Source of the DNA: an uncultured Candidatus Saccharibacteria bacterium | GTDB taxonomy: Bacteria; Patescibacteriota; Minisyncoccia; Phycocordibacterales; UBA1006 | NCBI GenBank assembly: GCA_964507625.1 | Contig: CAZDPR010000003.1 | Span: forward strand, 15,101-79,100 | Length of the DNA stretch: 64,000 bases | Reading direction: 5' to 3' | Shown here: in pieces, positions 8,537 through 18,390 of the stretch | How the letters are laid out: each line of letters opens with the position of its first letter | Position numbering within the stretch: the first letter of the stretch is position 1 | The notes under the pieces: model-generated | Told to the model about the DNA's origin: nothing | Database searches by the model: none | What the model saw: the letters and a program-made list of their open reading frames with translations, nothing else | Made by a program: the position numbers and the translations under genes

Positions 8537-8561
8537 ATACATCAAGTATACCACAAATACA

Positions 8562-8643
8562 TAAAAAGGCCCGAGCATTGCTGCACGGACCATAAACGTA
8601 AAGCCGTCCGAAAACACACAAACACTTGGACTACTTCACACAC
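8562..8643 (-). ncRNA. candidate small RNA (promoter-to-terminator unit)
   Basis: TTGCAA-16-TAGAAT promoter at 8649-8676; GC hairpin plus U-tract at 8562-8591. Confidence 0.35.
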
Positions 8644-8736
8644 TGTTTATTCTACCATATTGTACATATTTTGCAATATTTTACAGAGGTATTGACTTTT
8701 TTAATTAATTTGGTAATATAGATAAAAAAACAAAAG

Positions 8737-9051
8737 ATGATTGTAGTTTTCGCACACATTGGTGTAGGTATAGTAGAGCCACCAAGTGTTCTGATAACAC
8801 ACTTGGCCCAAATTCATGATGATATCCCCGTTATTCTTGTGGGGATAGAGAAACAAGAAATAGCCCAAGAAAAAATAGATTTCATTTTTCAAATTACTCC
8901 ATTCGTGGAACTATTTGAAAATGAGATAATAATAAGAAAATCTTCGATTCGAACCCGACACCTGGAAATAAAAACCATTTTTTCAGGTTCCCTTGCCGGA
9001 TACGACTTCCGCAGGTTTTCTAAAATTAAAGCCTCCTTAAGACCACCTTAA
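8737..9051 (+). CDS. hypothetical protein (ORFan)
   Basis: 104 aa ORF; TTGACT promoter near 8692; hairpin over the stop codon. Confidence 0.55.
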   Translation: MIVVFAHIGVGIVEPPSVLITHLAQIHDDIPVILVGIEKQEIAQEKIDFIFQITPFVELFENEIIIRKSSIRTRHLEIKTIFSGSLAGYDFRRFSKIKASLRPP

Positions 9052-9066
9052 GGATTTTTTTTATAC

Positions 9067-9123
9067 AAAAAAACTCCTACATTACTGTAGGAGCATATAC
9101 AAACAAGAGACGAAAGGAAATTT
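9067..9123 (-). ncRNA. candidate small RNA
   Basis: TTGCAT-16-TATAGT at 9130-9157; terminator CTCCTACA-GTAA-TGTAGGAG-T6. Confidence 0.35.
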
Positions 9124-9175
9124 TCAATAACTATATCAAAATCTCAAAAAAATGCAAGGGGTAACAATTAATGTA

Positions 9176-9679
9176 TTATTCGCAAGAAATTTTAGTATAT
9201 ACCCGATCAGTTTTTGTGCCACTAGTAGCATCAGGAATGAGCAGGTTTCCAATTTCCAATAATGGATATACATGTTTTGTTATGGTTTCTTCAGAAAGAT
9301 TATAAAGCTCCTGTTCTTTTCCTGGAGCTCCTTCAATGATATACGAGAAAATAACAACAGCTTCAGTTCCTGAAATTGTTCCTGATAATGTTCCTTGGTA
9401 TCCATTGGTCATATCTGGACCTGATTGAGTTCCTGTTTTTGATCCTTCAAATTCTGTTTCGGTTCGTTTAGTGACCGTAATAGTTTCAGTAACAGCATAT
9501 GGTTCAGATTCTGTTGGAGTGGCTATATATCGATAACACAACGGGTTAGAAAGTGGTTCAGAAACGAGAGTGGTTAGGTTTGAATCATCGGAATGATCGT
9601 ATCGATTCAAAACACGCATAATGAGTAATGATGCTAATAAAAGGATGAAAAATGCTATGGGAATAATTATTTTTTTCAT
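9176..9679 (-). CDS. membrane-anchored or secreted hypothetical protein
   Basis: N-terminal TM segment; GTQSGPDMTNGYQGTLSG..FSYIIEG core; Cys pair. Confidence 0.75.
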   Translation of the reverse strand: MKKIIIPIAFFILLLASLLIMRVLNRYDHSDDSNLTTLVSEPLSNPLCYRYIATPTESEPYAVTETITVTKRTETEFEGSKTGTQSGPDMTNGYQGTLSGTISGTEAVVIFSYIIEGAPGKEQELYNLSEETITKHVYPLLEIGNLLIPDATSGTKTDRVYTKISCE

Positions 9680-9751
9680 AGTCCAAGTATACCATAATCG
9701 ACACATTGACAAAACATTAAAAATTGTGTATATTTTAAAAAACAATGATCT

Positions 9752-10123
9752 ATGAAAATTCATATGAACAGGATTTGGCTAAAAATTAACATTACCAACT
9801 CTTCATTCATTACTGTTCATATATGGGATAGTGAGAATGAACAACAGTTGTGTAGAAGTTTTTCAGACAAACTGGAGGGATTGAAAGCAAGTTTTCAATT
9901 ATTCTTTTTTGCAGAAACAATTTCCGCAGAAGAATTTTCTTTTCTGATTGAAAAAATACTCTTCCACGCAGAAATTCCTGAAACAACAGCAGGACAACAA
10001 GACTTACAAGATTATTTACTAGTTATTAATTGTCTTGCAGAAGGAAAAATAATAAATGCAACACAGAGGGTGAGATTTCGAAATAAAATACGAAATATTC
10101 AATTCCAAAATAAAACGCCGTGA
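9752..10123 (+). CDS. hypothetical protein (ORFan)
   Basis: 123 aa ORF; TTGACA-17-TATATT promoter; terminator shared with greA. Confidence 0.6.
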   Translation: MKIHMNRIWLKINITNSSFITVHIWDSENEQQLCRSFSDKLEGLKASFQLFFFAETISAEEFSFLIEKILFHAEIPETTAGQQDLQDYLLVINCLAEGKIINATQRVRFRNKIRNIQFQNKTP

Positions 10124-10135
10124 AAACGGCATTTT

Positions 10136-10597
10136 TTATTGAATAGCAATAATGCTGTAGCGAACTTCACCACGGGGTGTGGTCATTAAAAATTCATCTC
10201 CTACCTTTTTACCAAACATAGCAGATCCCATAGGTGAACTGGTAGAAATTTTTCCCTGGAGAATATCGGCTTCGGTTTCAGATACAATCATAAATGTTTT
10301 TTCAGTATCTTCTCCTTGTTTTTTTACTATGACGGTTGCACCTAATTCGACTATCCCTGAATCAGTTCTCTGAATAATTTCTGCTCGTTTCAAAATATCT
10401 TCGATTTCCATAATGCGTGATTCGTTTTTTCCTTGCTCATTGCGTGCTGCATGATATTCTGCATTTTCAGATAAATCTCCGAGAGCTCGTGCAGTAGCTA
10501 CCCGTTCCCCAATTGCATCCCGTAAAGTTGTTTTACGCTCAAAAAGCTCGGTTTCGAGTTCGGTCTTTTTTTCAAGTGTGATAAATTCTTTTTCCAT
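10136..10597 (-). CDS. greA: transcription elongation factor GreA
   Basis: ARALGDLSENAEYHAAR, ISTSSPMG. Confidence 0.97.
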   Translation of the reverse strand: MEKEFITLEKKTELETELFERKTTLRDAIGERVATARALGDLSENAEYHAARNEQGKNESRIMEIEDILKRAEIIQRTDSGIVELGATVIVKKQGEDTEKTFMIVSETEADILQGKISTSSPMGSAMFGKKVGDEFLMTTPRGEVRYSIIAIQ

Positions 10598-10708
10598 AGA
10601 GATTATTATCCTATCATATTTTGGTAAATAAAAAAAGAAGCACAAAATTTTTTGTCAAGAAAAAGCCCTACCGTAACGGGGGCTTGAATTAAAAAAATAA
10701 GGATATTT

Positions 10709-12427
10709 TTAGGGATTTTTGAAAAAATCAGGATCATTATTCTGTATCCAATCTAATACTGTTCGCATGGTTCGCGACGCCCCTGTTTCGTTCGTTGATG
10801 GTGCAGTATCCATCATAACTACAAATGCATAGGTTGGATTTTCTGCTGGAAAAAATCCGGTAGTCCATGAATTCATAAATTGATTCCCTCGCCCAACCTG
10901 TGCAGTTCCTGTTTTTGCAGCTACTGACACATACGGAACATTTAATACCTGTGCCGTTCCTCTGGTTACAGTTTCGCGCATAGCGTTTCTGATAATTTGG
11001 TAATTTTTTTCATCAATTCCTGTTACATAGCTAATTTGATTTTCTTGAATTCCCTCTTGATCTAATTGTATGTGAGGAGTGATTAATTTCCCGCTCGTTG
11101 CAATACCACCCACGGCACGTAATAGTTGAAGCATAGATACCTGAAAACCAAACTGCCCAATTGCCGAGTTATAGGTATCTCCCTGTCGCCAGGCACCATC
11201 TTGAAAAGTCTTTAATTTCCATTCTGGCGATGGAATAATTCCCTGTTTATCATTTTCAAGTTCAAACCCGGTCGGCGAACCAAGCCCAAATCGCACCAAA
11301 TAATCATTAATACGAGAAATACCTAATGCTTGTTGATTCCCCAAACCTCCTCCAATCGCATAAAAAAAGGTGTTTACTGATTCGGCAATAGCCGTGTAGA
11401 CATTCGTCGGTCCATGCCCTTCGCGTTTCCAGTCTCGGAATACTTGTGGATTTTCTGGATCCCACCGGTTTGGAATTTCTACTCTCCCTGAACTGAAAAT
11501 AGTCGTTTGCGGGGTGATAACCCCTTCCTGAAGTGCTGCGAGTGCGATGTAAGGTTTTACAGTAGAACCAGGGGTATATAATCCGGAAATAGCTCGATTT
11601 AAATATACCTTGCGAGAATCGTTTGCATACCCACGAATCGTTGCTGTATCTTTTCCTTCAGCGAGGACATTAGCATCGAATTCTGGATAACTGGTCATCG
11701 CAATTAATTCACCTGTTTGCACATTCATGATTAATCCAGCCCCTCCTTGAAACTTACTGGATTCTGCTAAATCTTTAATGGCGTTATATAACGCTGATTG
11801 AATTCCTGAATGAATAGTAGTTGAAAGATTCTTCCCTGGTTCTGAAGGAATCATCATATTTTCTGCAGTAATATTACCGAGCGCATCAACCTCTACTACT
11901 TTACTCCCATTATTCCCTGAAAGATATTCTGAAAATACTTTTTCAATACCTACTTTCCCTTCAATATTTTGTCGCCAGAAAAACCCCGCTTTATCACGAG
12001 TCGGATATCCCACATACCCTAATAGATGACCATACCCACCGCCTTCTTTGTAAGCACGATGGAGAAATGGTTCCCCGTTTGGCGCAGGAATATTCCAAGC
12101 TAATGGGATACCATTACGGTCAAAAACTACCCCACGTTCTGCAAAAATGGGAATTTTTTGTAATCGATTATTTTCTGATAGTGCAAAAAATTTTGCACCC
12201 TGAACAATTTGTACCTGATAGAGCCGAGCAATAAAGGTTATAAACACAACAACAACAACACCAATAAAAATTGACACGGCGCGTTTACTAATTGACTGTT
12301 CGATTACACCTTCGAATTGTTGAGTATTAAATCCAGGCCTATTTTGTGCATCGAGCAACACTTGATCAGGATCAATAAAAGAGTGGGTAATTTTTTTAGG
12401 TCGACGCCCAAAAAGTCTCAATATCAT
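10709..12427 (-). CDS. mrdA: penicillin-binding protein 2 (class B transpeptidase)
   Basis: STVK, SVN and KTG motifs; N-terminal TM segment. Confidence 0.92.
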   Translation of the reverse strand: MILRLFGRRPKKITHSFIDPDQVLLDAQNRPGFNTQQFEGVIEQSISKRAVSIFIGVVVVVFITFIARLYQVQIVQGAKFFALSENNRLQKIPIFAERGVVFDRNGIPLAWNIPAPNGEPFLHRAYKEGGGYGHLLGYVGYPTRDKAGFFWRQNIEGKVGIEKVFSEYLSGNNGSKVVEVDALGNITAENMMIPSEPGKNLSTTIHSGIQSALYNAIKDLAESSKFQGGAGLIMNVQTGELIAMTSYPEFDANVLAEGKDTATIRGYANDSRKVYLNRAISGLYTPGSTVKPYIALAALQEGVITPQTTIFSSGRVEIPNRWDPENPQVFRDWKREGHGPTNVYTAIAESVNTFFYAIGGGLGNQQALGISRINDYLVRFGLGSPTGFELENDKQGIIPSPEWKLKTFQDGAWRQGDTYNSAIGQFGFQVSMLQLLRAVGGIATSGKLITPHIQLDQEGIQENQISYVTGIDEKNYQIIRNAMRETVTRGTAQVLNVPYVSVAAKTGTAQVGRGNQFMNSWTTGFFPAENPTYAFVVMMDTAPSTNETGASRTMRTVLDWIQNNDPDFFKNP

Positions 12428-12442
12428 ATGTATTACTATATC

Positions 12443-12721
12443 TTATTTTAACCAATCAGTCGAACGGAAATAAGTATGAAAAACAAAACCACATCCATAA
12501 AGTAATATCATTATCATGGTATGAAGTATATGGGTATACCAATGATCTCCAGAAAAACCAAACGCTCCGTCCATAATAATACCCACCGCAATAATTTCAA
12601 AAAACCTTGGAAATAAAAGTATCCCAACAACCACAAAAATCCCTACCCCCCACCAAGGAAATAGGAATGGTGTCATGCAAAGCCATGCGCTATATACGAA
12701 TCGTTTCCATGAATAATCCAT
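12443..12721 (-). CDS. small membrane protein in an MreD-like position
   Basis: hydrophobic 92 aa ORF upstream of mrdA. Confidence 0.6.
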   Translation of the reverse strand: MDYSWKRFVYSAWLCMTPFLFPWWGVGIFVVVGILLFPRFFEIIAVGIIMDGAFGFSGDHWYTHILHTMIMILLYGCGFVFHTYFRSTDWLK

Positions 12722-12729
12722 ATTTGATG

Positions 12730-13263
12730 TTAAAAATCTGATGTTCTACGATAATCAATAATTTTTTCATAGATCGTTCTCAAAATATTATAAATTAATA
12801 TTCCAAAAACAAGGTAAAACAACCACGGAGTACTAAAAATATACACAAACACTGAAAGGACAAAAATGTATACTTTTAAAAGAAAAATAGAACCATCAAA
12901 ATCATCACCCATTCCCTGGATGACTGTCGTCTGTTGTTCTGCGAGTACCTGATCAGAGCGCGATAAAATTTCAGCATCCATTTTTTCTTCACGCAGAGCA
13001 ACTTCTTTTTCTTTCTGTTCCTGAACATTTTTCCAGATTATTTCCTGCTCACTCCGCCATGTATCAGTAACCGTAATCATACGATTAAAAAACAAAACCA
13101 CTCCATCCATAGGAGATTTTTTTGTTTCATTTATTAATGGAGCACTACTCGATGCATCCAAGGTAGAGGAAACAGAAATGGTAGATGACTGAGCAAAAGA
13201 AATAAACGGAACAATAATAAACCCAAGAACTCCTCCGATAACGAAATTTTTGATGATTTTCAT
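12730..13263 (-). CDS. hypothetical membrane protein
   Basis: signal peptide plus two C-terminal TM segments. Confidence 0.7.
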   Translation of the reverse strand: MKIIKNFVIGGVLGFIIVPFISFAQSSTISVSSTLDASSSAPLINETKKSPMDGVVLFFNRMITVTDTWRSEQEIIWKNVQEQKEKEVALREEKMDAEILSRSDQVLAEQQTTVIQGMGDDFDGSIFLLKVYIFVLSVFVYIFSTPWLFYLVFGILIYNILRTIYEKIIDYRRTSDF

Positions 13264-13290
13264 AGTACTTCTATTGTAGTACAGATAATG

Positions 13291-13361
13291 CTACCCGACA
13301 AGGACTCGAACCTCGATTAACAGGACCAAAACCTGCTGTCCTACCATTAGACGATCGGGTA
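13291..13361 (-). tRNA. tRNA-Gln(UUG), CCA not encoded
   Basis: TACCCGA acceptor, anticodon arm GCAGG-TTTTGGT-CCTGT, GGTTCGAGTCC T-arm. Confidence 0.95.
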
Positions 13362-13385
13362 AAAGAATAACCCTTGTAAAAAGGA

Positions 13386-14429
13386 TTATTTCACGTTTGT
13401 AGTATTACTTAAAATCTCAATAATTGCAAGTTCAAGAGGGATTTCTGGAAAAGTCGACTGACCTGTTTCTTGGTATACCCCGATCAGTTTCCGTAAAAAA
13501 TCTGGAGAACCAATAAAGGAAAGTTGGTATTTTTGCATGAGCACTATCTCATCATTTGAAAATTGATTCTTTTCTTTTTCCCATAACACAGGCGCATGCT
13601 GCATAAACAACACTAAACGAACTGTATGAATGAGTTTTTCCAAAAAATCACTCATTCCTTTTTCATAACTCTGTGCAACAGATTGCACCAGAGTGAATAA
13701 TTTTTCTTGATTTTTTTGGTCAAGGAGTTCCAGGAAATCAAAGACCATATGATCAAACGACCTCAAGCCAATTTTTTCAATATCAGATTCGAGAATGGTT
13801 GTACCTGATGATTGTTCAAGTATTTGTTCGAGTAGTACCAAAGCATCACGAAAAGAACCCTGTGCACGATTTGCTATAACCATCGCAAGATCATGGGAAA
13901 GTTTTTTTCCTTCCTGATCGGCAATGTCAATAATTTGATCTACTAAAATTTCTTTGGTTGGCCTATCTAACTGTATTACCTGACATCGTGATAATACGGT
14001 TGGAATAATTTTATGCAATTCGGTAGTGGCCATAAAAAACAATACATGCGCTGGTGGTTCTTCTAAAATTTTAAGAAAGGCATTCCAAGCACTTTTTGAA
14101 AGCATGTGCACTTCATCTAAAATATAAATTTTATATTGCGAACTGAGTGGTAAAGTAAGCGAATCTTCTCGGAGCTGTCGAATTTCATCAACTCCATTGT
14201 ATGATGCAGCATCAATTTCATAAATATCATGTGAGTGTACACCAATTTCTTTTGCAAAAATACGAGCCAAGGTTGTTTTCCCAGTTCCGCGCCCACCAGT
14301 AAAAATAAGAGCATGAGGGATTTTTTGTGACACTACTAATGATTGTAAATATTGAACGACTGATTTCTGACCCTTTACCTGATCAAAGGTCTGAGGGCGA
14401 TATTTTCGATAGAGTGCAATATGTGTCAT
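13386..14429 (-). CDS. dnaX: DNA polymerase III gamma/tau subunit (short form)
   Basis: LYRKYRPQTF, GGRGTGKTT, DEVHML, SRC. Confidence 0.96.
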   Translation of the reverse strand: MTHIALYRKYRPQTFDQVKGQKSVVQYLQSLVVSQKIPHALIFTGGRGTGKTTLARIFAKEIGVHSHDIYEIDAASYNGVDEIRQLREDSLTLPLSSQYKIYILDEVHMLSKSAWNAFLKILEEPPAHVLFFMATTELHKIIPTVLSRCQVIQLDRPTKEILVDQIIDIADQEGKKLSHDLAMVIANRAQGSFRDALVLLEQILEQSSGTTILESDIEKIGLRSFDHMVFDFLELLDQKNQEKLFTLVQSVAQSYEKGMSDFLEKLIHTVRLVLFMQHAPVLWEKEKNQFSNDEIVLMQKYQLSFIGSPDFLRKLIGVYQETGQSTFPEIPLELAIIEILSNTTNVK

Positions 14430-14592
14430 ATCTATGCAGTATACCAAATTTTGGATAATAAAAAACCCCTGAAAATTCAGGTGGTAAATTGAAGTACTTG
14501 TCATAATTATACCGGTATGAGTACCTTCTCTTGCAAAGGAAAAGCTTTTTTACTTGCCATACCTCTAAATGTCAATTAAAAACACACCAGTA

Positions 14593-15678
14593 TTACTGAT
14601 GTGTTTTTAGGAAGCTTGTAACAATATCCCGCACTTCACCTAATGACTGACTGTTCATTAATTGAATACGCAAATCTTTTGCTCCAGAAAACCCGGTTGC
14701 ATACGCCTTGTAATGTTTTTTCATTACAGCAAAATTTTTATGTTGCCCCAATAATTGCACAAATAATTCAGTATGTTCAATCATTACTGCAAGTTTTTCT
14801 GAAAGTGATATATCTGCAATAGTGTACCGTTTATCTCCTAATATTTTTTTGGACCAAGCATTGGGTAATAATCGTAATAGAATATTTTGTTTCCAAGTCC
14901 CTCTTTTTTTAATAGCGATTTGTTTATTAAAAATCCAAGGATTACCAAACACTGCGCGCCCAATCATGATACCGTCGCATCCAGTTGCGGTTATTTTTTG
15001 CATTCCATCATCACAATCTGCTACATCACCGTTCCCAATAATAATTGTATCTGGTGCAATAATATTCCTGAGTGCAACTATTTGGGTAATATAATCCCAA
15101 TTTGCAGGAACCTGCGATAAATCTTTACGCGTACGCGCATGAACCGTTAACGCTGGTAATTGTTGTTCTAACAACAACTTGATCCAGGTATCAATTTCTG
15201 AACTATAATACCCTACCCGAGTTTTTACCGAAACAGGAATTTTTTTACATCCTGAATTTTGCACTGCGTCATCTACTCCTTGTCGTGCAGCTTGGATAAT
15301 CGCAATTGCTTTTTCTGGAGTTTTAATCATCGCAGATCCACACCCCTGTTTTTCAATCGTTTTATCAGGACACCCCATATTAATATCAATACCATCAAAC
15401 CCCAATTCAGTAACTAACGCACATGCTTTGCGCATATTTTCTGGATTACTAGAAAATAATTGGGCAACAATTGGTCGTTCCAATTCAGAATACTCTAAAT
15501 CTTTCAAGAGTTTTTCTCGTCCCAACGGATGACATAATCCATCAGCAGAAACAAATTCAGTCCAGGTGACATCTGGCTTCCCATATTTTGCAATAATCTG
15601 ACGAAAAGCAGCATCGGTTACATCTGCCATTGGTGCAAGTGCAAAAAAAGGTTTTGAGAGATTGTTCCAAAAATTCAT
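14593..15678 (-). CDS. dus: tRNA-dihydrouridine synthase
   Basis: LAPMADVTD, DINMGCP, HART, GNGD, MIGR. Confidence 0.95.
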   Translation of the reverse strand: MNFWNNLSKPFFALAPMADVTDAAFRQIIAKYGKPDVTWTEFVSADGLCHPLGREKLLKDLEYSELERPIVAQLFSSNPENMRKACALVTELGFDGIDINMGCPDKTIEKQGCGSAMIKTPEKAIAIIQAARQGVDDAVQNSGCKKIPVSVKTRVGYYSSEIDTWIKLLLEQQLPALTVHARTRKDLSQVPANWDYITQIVALRNIIAPDTIIIGNGDVADCDDGMQKITATGCDGIMIGRAVFGNPWIFNKQIAIKKRGTWKQNILLRLLPNAWSKKILGDKRYTIADISLSEKLAVMIEHTELFVQLLGQHKNFAVMKKHYKAYATGFSGAKDLRIQLMNSQSLGEVRDIVTSFLKTHQ

Positions 15679-15737
15679 ATCCCTACATTACCTGATATAT
15701 TATTTTTGTAAACAAAAAACCATACGTGTATGGTTTT

Positions 15738-16664
15738 TTATTCTTCACTCATTATTTCTGTATGAGTAGCTTGTTCTGATAATTCAGAAACTTTTTCTAA
15801 AGATTTTTCCTTTCCACTAAATTTATAAAATATTTTTCCAGGAAATCGTAAGTCAATATATTCTAAAGCTTTTGGTTGTTGTCGGTATTGTTTTTGAAAT
15901 ACCTCGTGCTCAAGACCAGTGGTTACATCCCGTAAAAATATTACATCATCCTGGGATAAAGTTCCTAAAAGCGCAACATTTTTTTGAGGATACAGAGTAA
16001 ATAATCGATCAATAATAAATGCAACGTCTTCGTATTCCAAAAACTCTACGCGAGAAATAATAATATTTTCACTCTGTAAATTTTTAAACAGTGCATCAAA
16101 TCGATACATTAATTCTGGTTCAATAATTTTTTTACCAATAAATTCTGAAAATTGTTTTTCTTGTCGTGAAGAAAATATTGTATATACCCCATCCGAAAAT
16201 CGTGGAGACGCACCATACAAAACCCCTGTTCGATCAATGAACCCGCAGATAGTTTCATTAAAACACCAAACTGCTTCTGGGGACCGTTCTCGAACAGTAA
16301 TGCCAATTGTATGAGGGTTCACAAAAGAAACATATACTAAATCTACAATCGGAAATCTGGATTGAATATTTTTTTGTAATTGCTTTTTAGAAAAAAATAA
16401 AGAACTAGAACGAGGAATAACACCCAGAATAGTTCCTTTTAAATACTCTTCAATAAACGAAACTAATTCTTGTTCAGGAAATGTTTTTACACCAGCTACA
16501 CGAACTTCATCTATTTGAATAGTATCTTGACGGGCAATCATAATAATAACCACAATGAGTGTTAGAAATACCAATGAGCTCAAAAACAGCCATAGCCCAA
16601 AACTTCTCCGTGATGCGCGGAGTGGTGGTTGATGTGTATGCTGTTGTGGAACAGGAGTATCCAT
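15738..16664 (-). CDS. ftsQ: cell division protein FtsQ/DivIB-like
   Basis: TM segment plus POTRA-like region; C-terminal YIDLRFPGKIFY. Confidence 0.8.
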   Translation of the reverse strand: MDTPVPQQHTHQPPLRASRRSFGLWLFLSSLVFLTLIVVIIMIARQDTIQIDEVRVAGVKTFPEQELVSFIEEYLKGTILGVIPRSSSLFFSKKQLQKNIQSRFPIVDLVYVSFVNPHTIGITVRERSPEAVWCFNETICGFIDRTGVLYGASPRFSDGVYTIFSSRQEKQFSEFIGKKIIEPELMYRFDALFKNLQSENIIISRVEFLEYEDVAFIIDRLFTLYPQKNVALLGTLSQDDVIFLRDVTTGLEHEVFQKQYRQQPKALEYIDLRFPGKIFYKFSGKEKSLEKVSELSEQATHTEIMSEE

Positions 16665-16666
16665 AG

Positions 16667-17953
16667 TTATTCAGAAATTGTTTCTGTTATTGGTTTTCCA
16701 ATAGTTGTTTTCCCATCCATATATTTTTGTAATACGGTTGGAATTTTGATCGTTCCGTCTGATTGTTGATAGTTTTCCAAAATACATGCCACAATTCGCG
16801 GAGTTGCAACAGCGGTATTATTTAATGAATGCACGAATCGTAATTTGCCAGATGCATCACGGTAACGAATGTTTAATCGCCGTGTTTGGAAATCATGGAA
16901 ATAGGATGCACTATGGGTTTCTCGGTAACAGTTTTGTGACGGCATCCAAACTTCGATATCGTATTTTTTTACTTGCCCTTGTCCCAAATCCCCACCACAG
17001 TTTACCACTACATGATATGGAAGTTCTAATGCTTGCAATAACTCCTCGACGTTTTCGGTAATTGCCTCATGATGCTCTACTGATGTTGTGTGTGATGCTT
17101 CACAGAGTACTACTTGTTCCAGTTTAAAAAATTCATGCACACGAATCAATCCTTTCGTATCTTTACTATGACTCCCTGCTTCACGTCGGAAACATGGTGA
17201 AAACGCAGCTATTTTGACTGGTAATTGTGATGCTTCCAAAATTTCATCACTATAGTATGACATGGTTGCAACTTCCCCAGTTCCTGCGAGATAATCATCA
17301 TCCTGTGTTTTATATAAATCATCTTCACCCCCTGGTAAATACCCAGTCCCCATGAGTGTTTTTTTATTCACTAATGACGGCACAATCATCGGAGTAAACC
17401 CTTTTGCAATTAATTTTTCATTAAATAATTGCCATAATGCCATTTCAATTTGCACAGCTTCATTTTTTAAAAAATACCCTCGGAATCCGGCAACTTTTGC
17501 ACCTCGTTCAAAATCTGCCAAATCATGCATTTCACATAACTCAATATGATTTTTAGGATTTGGAATCGTTGGTTTTGTCCCCCAATCACGGATTTCTACA
17601 TTTCCTGTATCATCATCACCTTCAGGAACTGATATGTCGGGAACGTTGGGCACACGTAACATTAATTTTTGCCACTCTGTCATCACCTCTTTTAATTCTT
17701 CCTCGTGTTTTTTGAGATCTTCTTTCAGTACTGACATTTGTGCAATGAGTGTCGATTTTTCATCTGGGGTAGCTGACGGAATTTTATCAGAAACAATGTT
17801 CTGTTCTGCGCGCAGTGTTTCTACCACTGATAGTTTTTCAATTCTTTTTTGGTCAACAGATACCAATTCATCCACATTAAAATCAATGTGTTTTTTACGA
17901 GCTGCTTCCTTGATCAAATCCGGATTTTCCCGGATAAATTTAATATCCAACAT
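16667..17953 (-). CDS. serS: serine--tRNA ligase
   Basis: MLDIKFIREN, CFRREAGS, RVHEFFKLEQ, LNNTAVATPR. Confidence 0.98.
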   Translation of the reverse strand: MLDIKFIRENPDLIKEAARKKHIDFNVDELVSVDQKRIEKLSVVETLRAEQNIVSDKIPSATPDEKSTLIAQMSVLKEDLKKHEEELKEVMTEWQKLMLRVPNVPDISVPEGDDDTGNVEIRDWGTKPTIPNPKNHIELCEMHDLADFERGAKVAGFRGYFLKNEAVQIEMALWQLFNEKLIAKGFTPMIVPSLVNKKTLMGTGYLPGGEDDLYKTQDDDYLAGTGEVATMSYYSDEILEASQLPVKIAAFSPCFRREAGSHSKDTKGLIRVHEFFKLEQVVLCEASHTTSVEHHEAITENVEELLQALELPYHVVVNCGGDLGQGQVKKYDIEVWMPSQNCYRETHSASYFHDFQTRRLNIRYRDASGKLRFVHSLNNTAVATPRIVACILENYQQSDGTIKIPTVLQKYMDGKTTIGKPITETISE

Positions 17954-18151
17954 ATAGCCGTGATTATAGCACTGTCAGGGTAAAAAATAAAGAAAAAAAA
18001 ACACCTCCCACTTCTTTTTACAGAAATGAGAGGCAATGCTGCTGTTTTTTGATCAATTACTGAATTTCATACTCATACCAAGTAAAGTGATTTTGTATAA
18101 ATATAGCATAAATAAAAAATAATGCAAGTTTTTTAAAAAAGTAATAAACTA

Positions 18152-18340
18152 TTATTTTACAATATTTTTTGGGCTTTCTGGGGACTTAAGTAAACCATTT
18201 TCAAATTGAGAATAATGATACCAAAAACCATTTATCTCTAATAATTCAGCTCCGCAATGGATACATAAGGTAATACCTCTAGAACCTTCTCTCGCCTCAC
18301 AAGTTGAATCCCAACACTCGGGTTTTTCGTCGTTGAACAT
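18152..18340 (-). CDS. small Cys-rich hypothetical protein
   Basis: 62 aa; CWDSTC and CIHCG; divergent from dprA. Confidence 0.5.
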   Translation of the reverse strand: MFNDEKPECWDSTCEAREGSRGITLCIHCGAELLEINGFWYHYSQFENGLLKSPESPKNIVK

Positions 18341-18390
18341 ATAGGTATATTTTTGTACAGTTTAACAATTATGATAAAATAATCAAACCT

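Noticed and set aside
13386-14429. Programmed frameshift or truncation in dnaX
   Set aside because: The gene ends cleanly before tRNA-Gln with no downstream tau-domain frame; a gamma-length DnaX is plausible in a reduced genome
14430-14504. 25-codon N-terminal extension of DnaX
   Set aside because: It crosses a terminator-like hairpin; the ATG at 14429 has its own -10 box and gives the usual N-terminus
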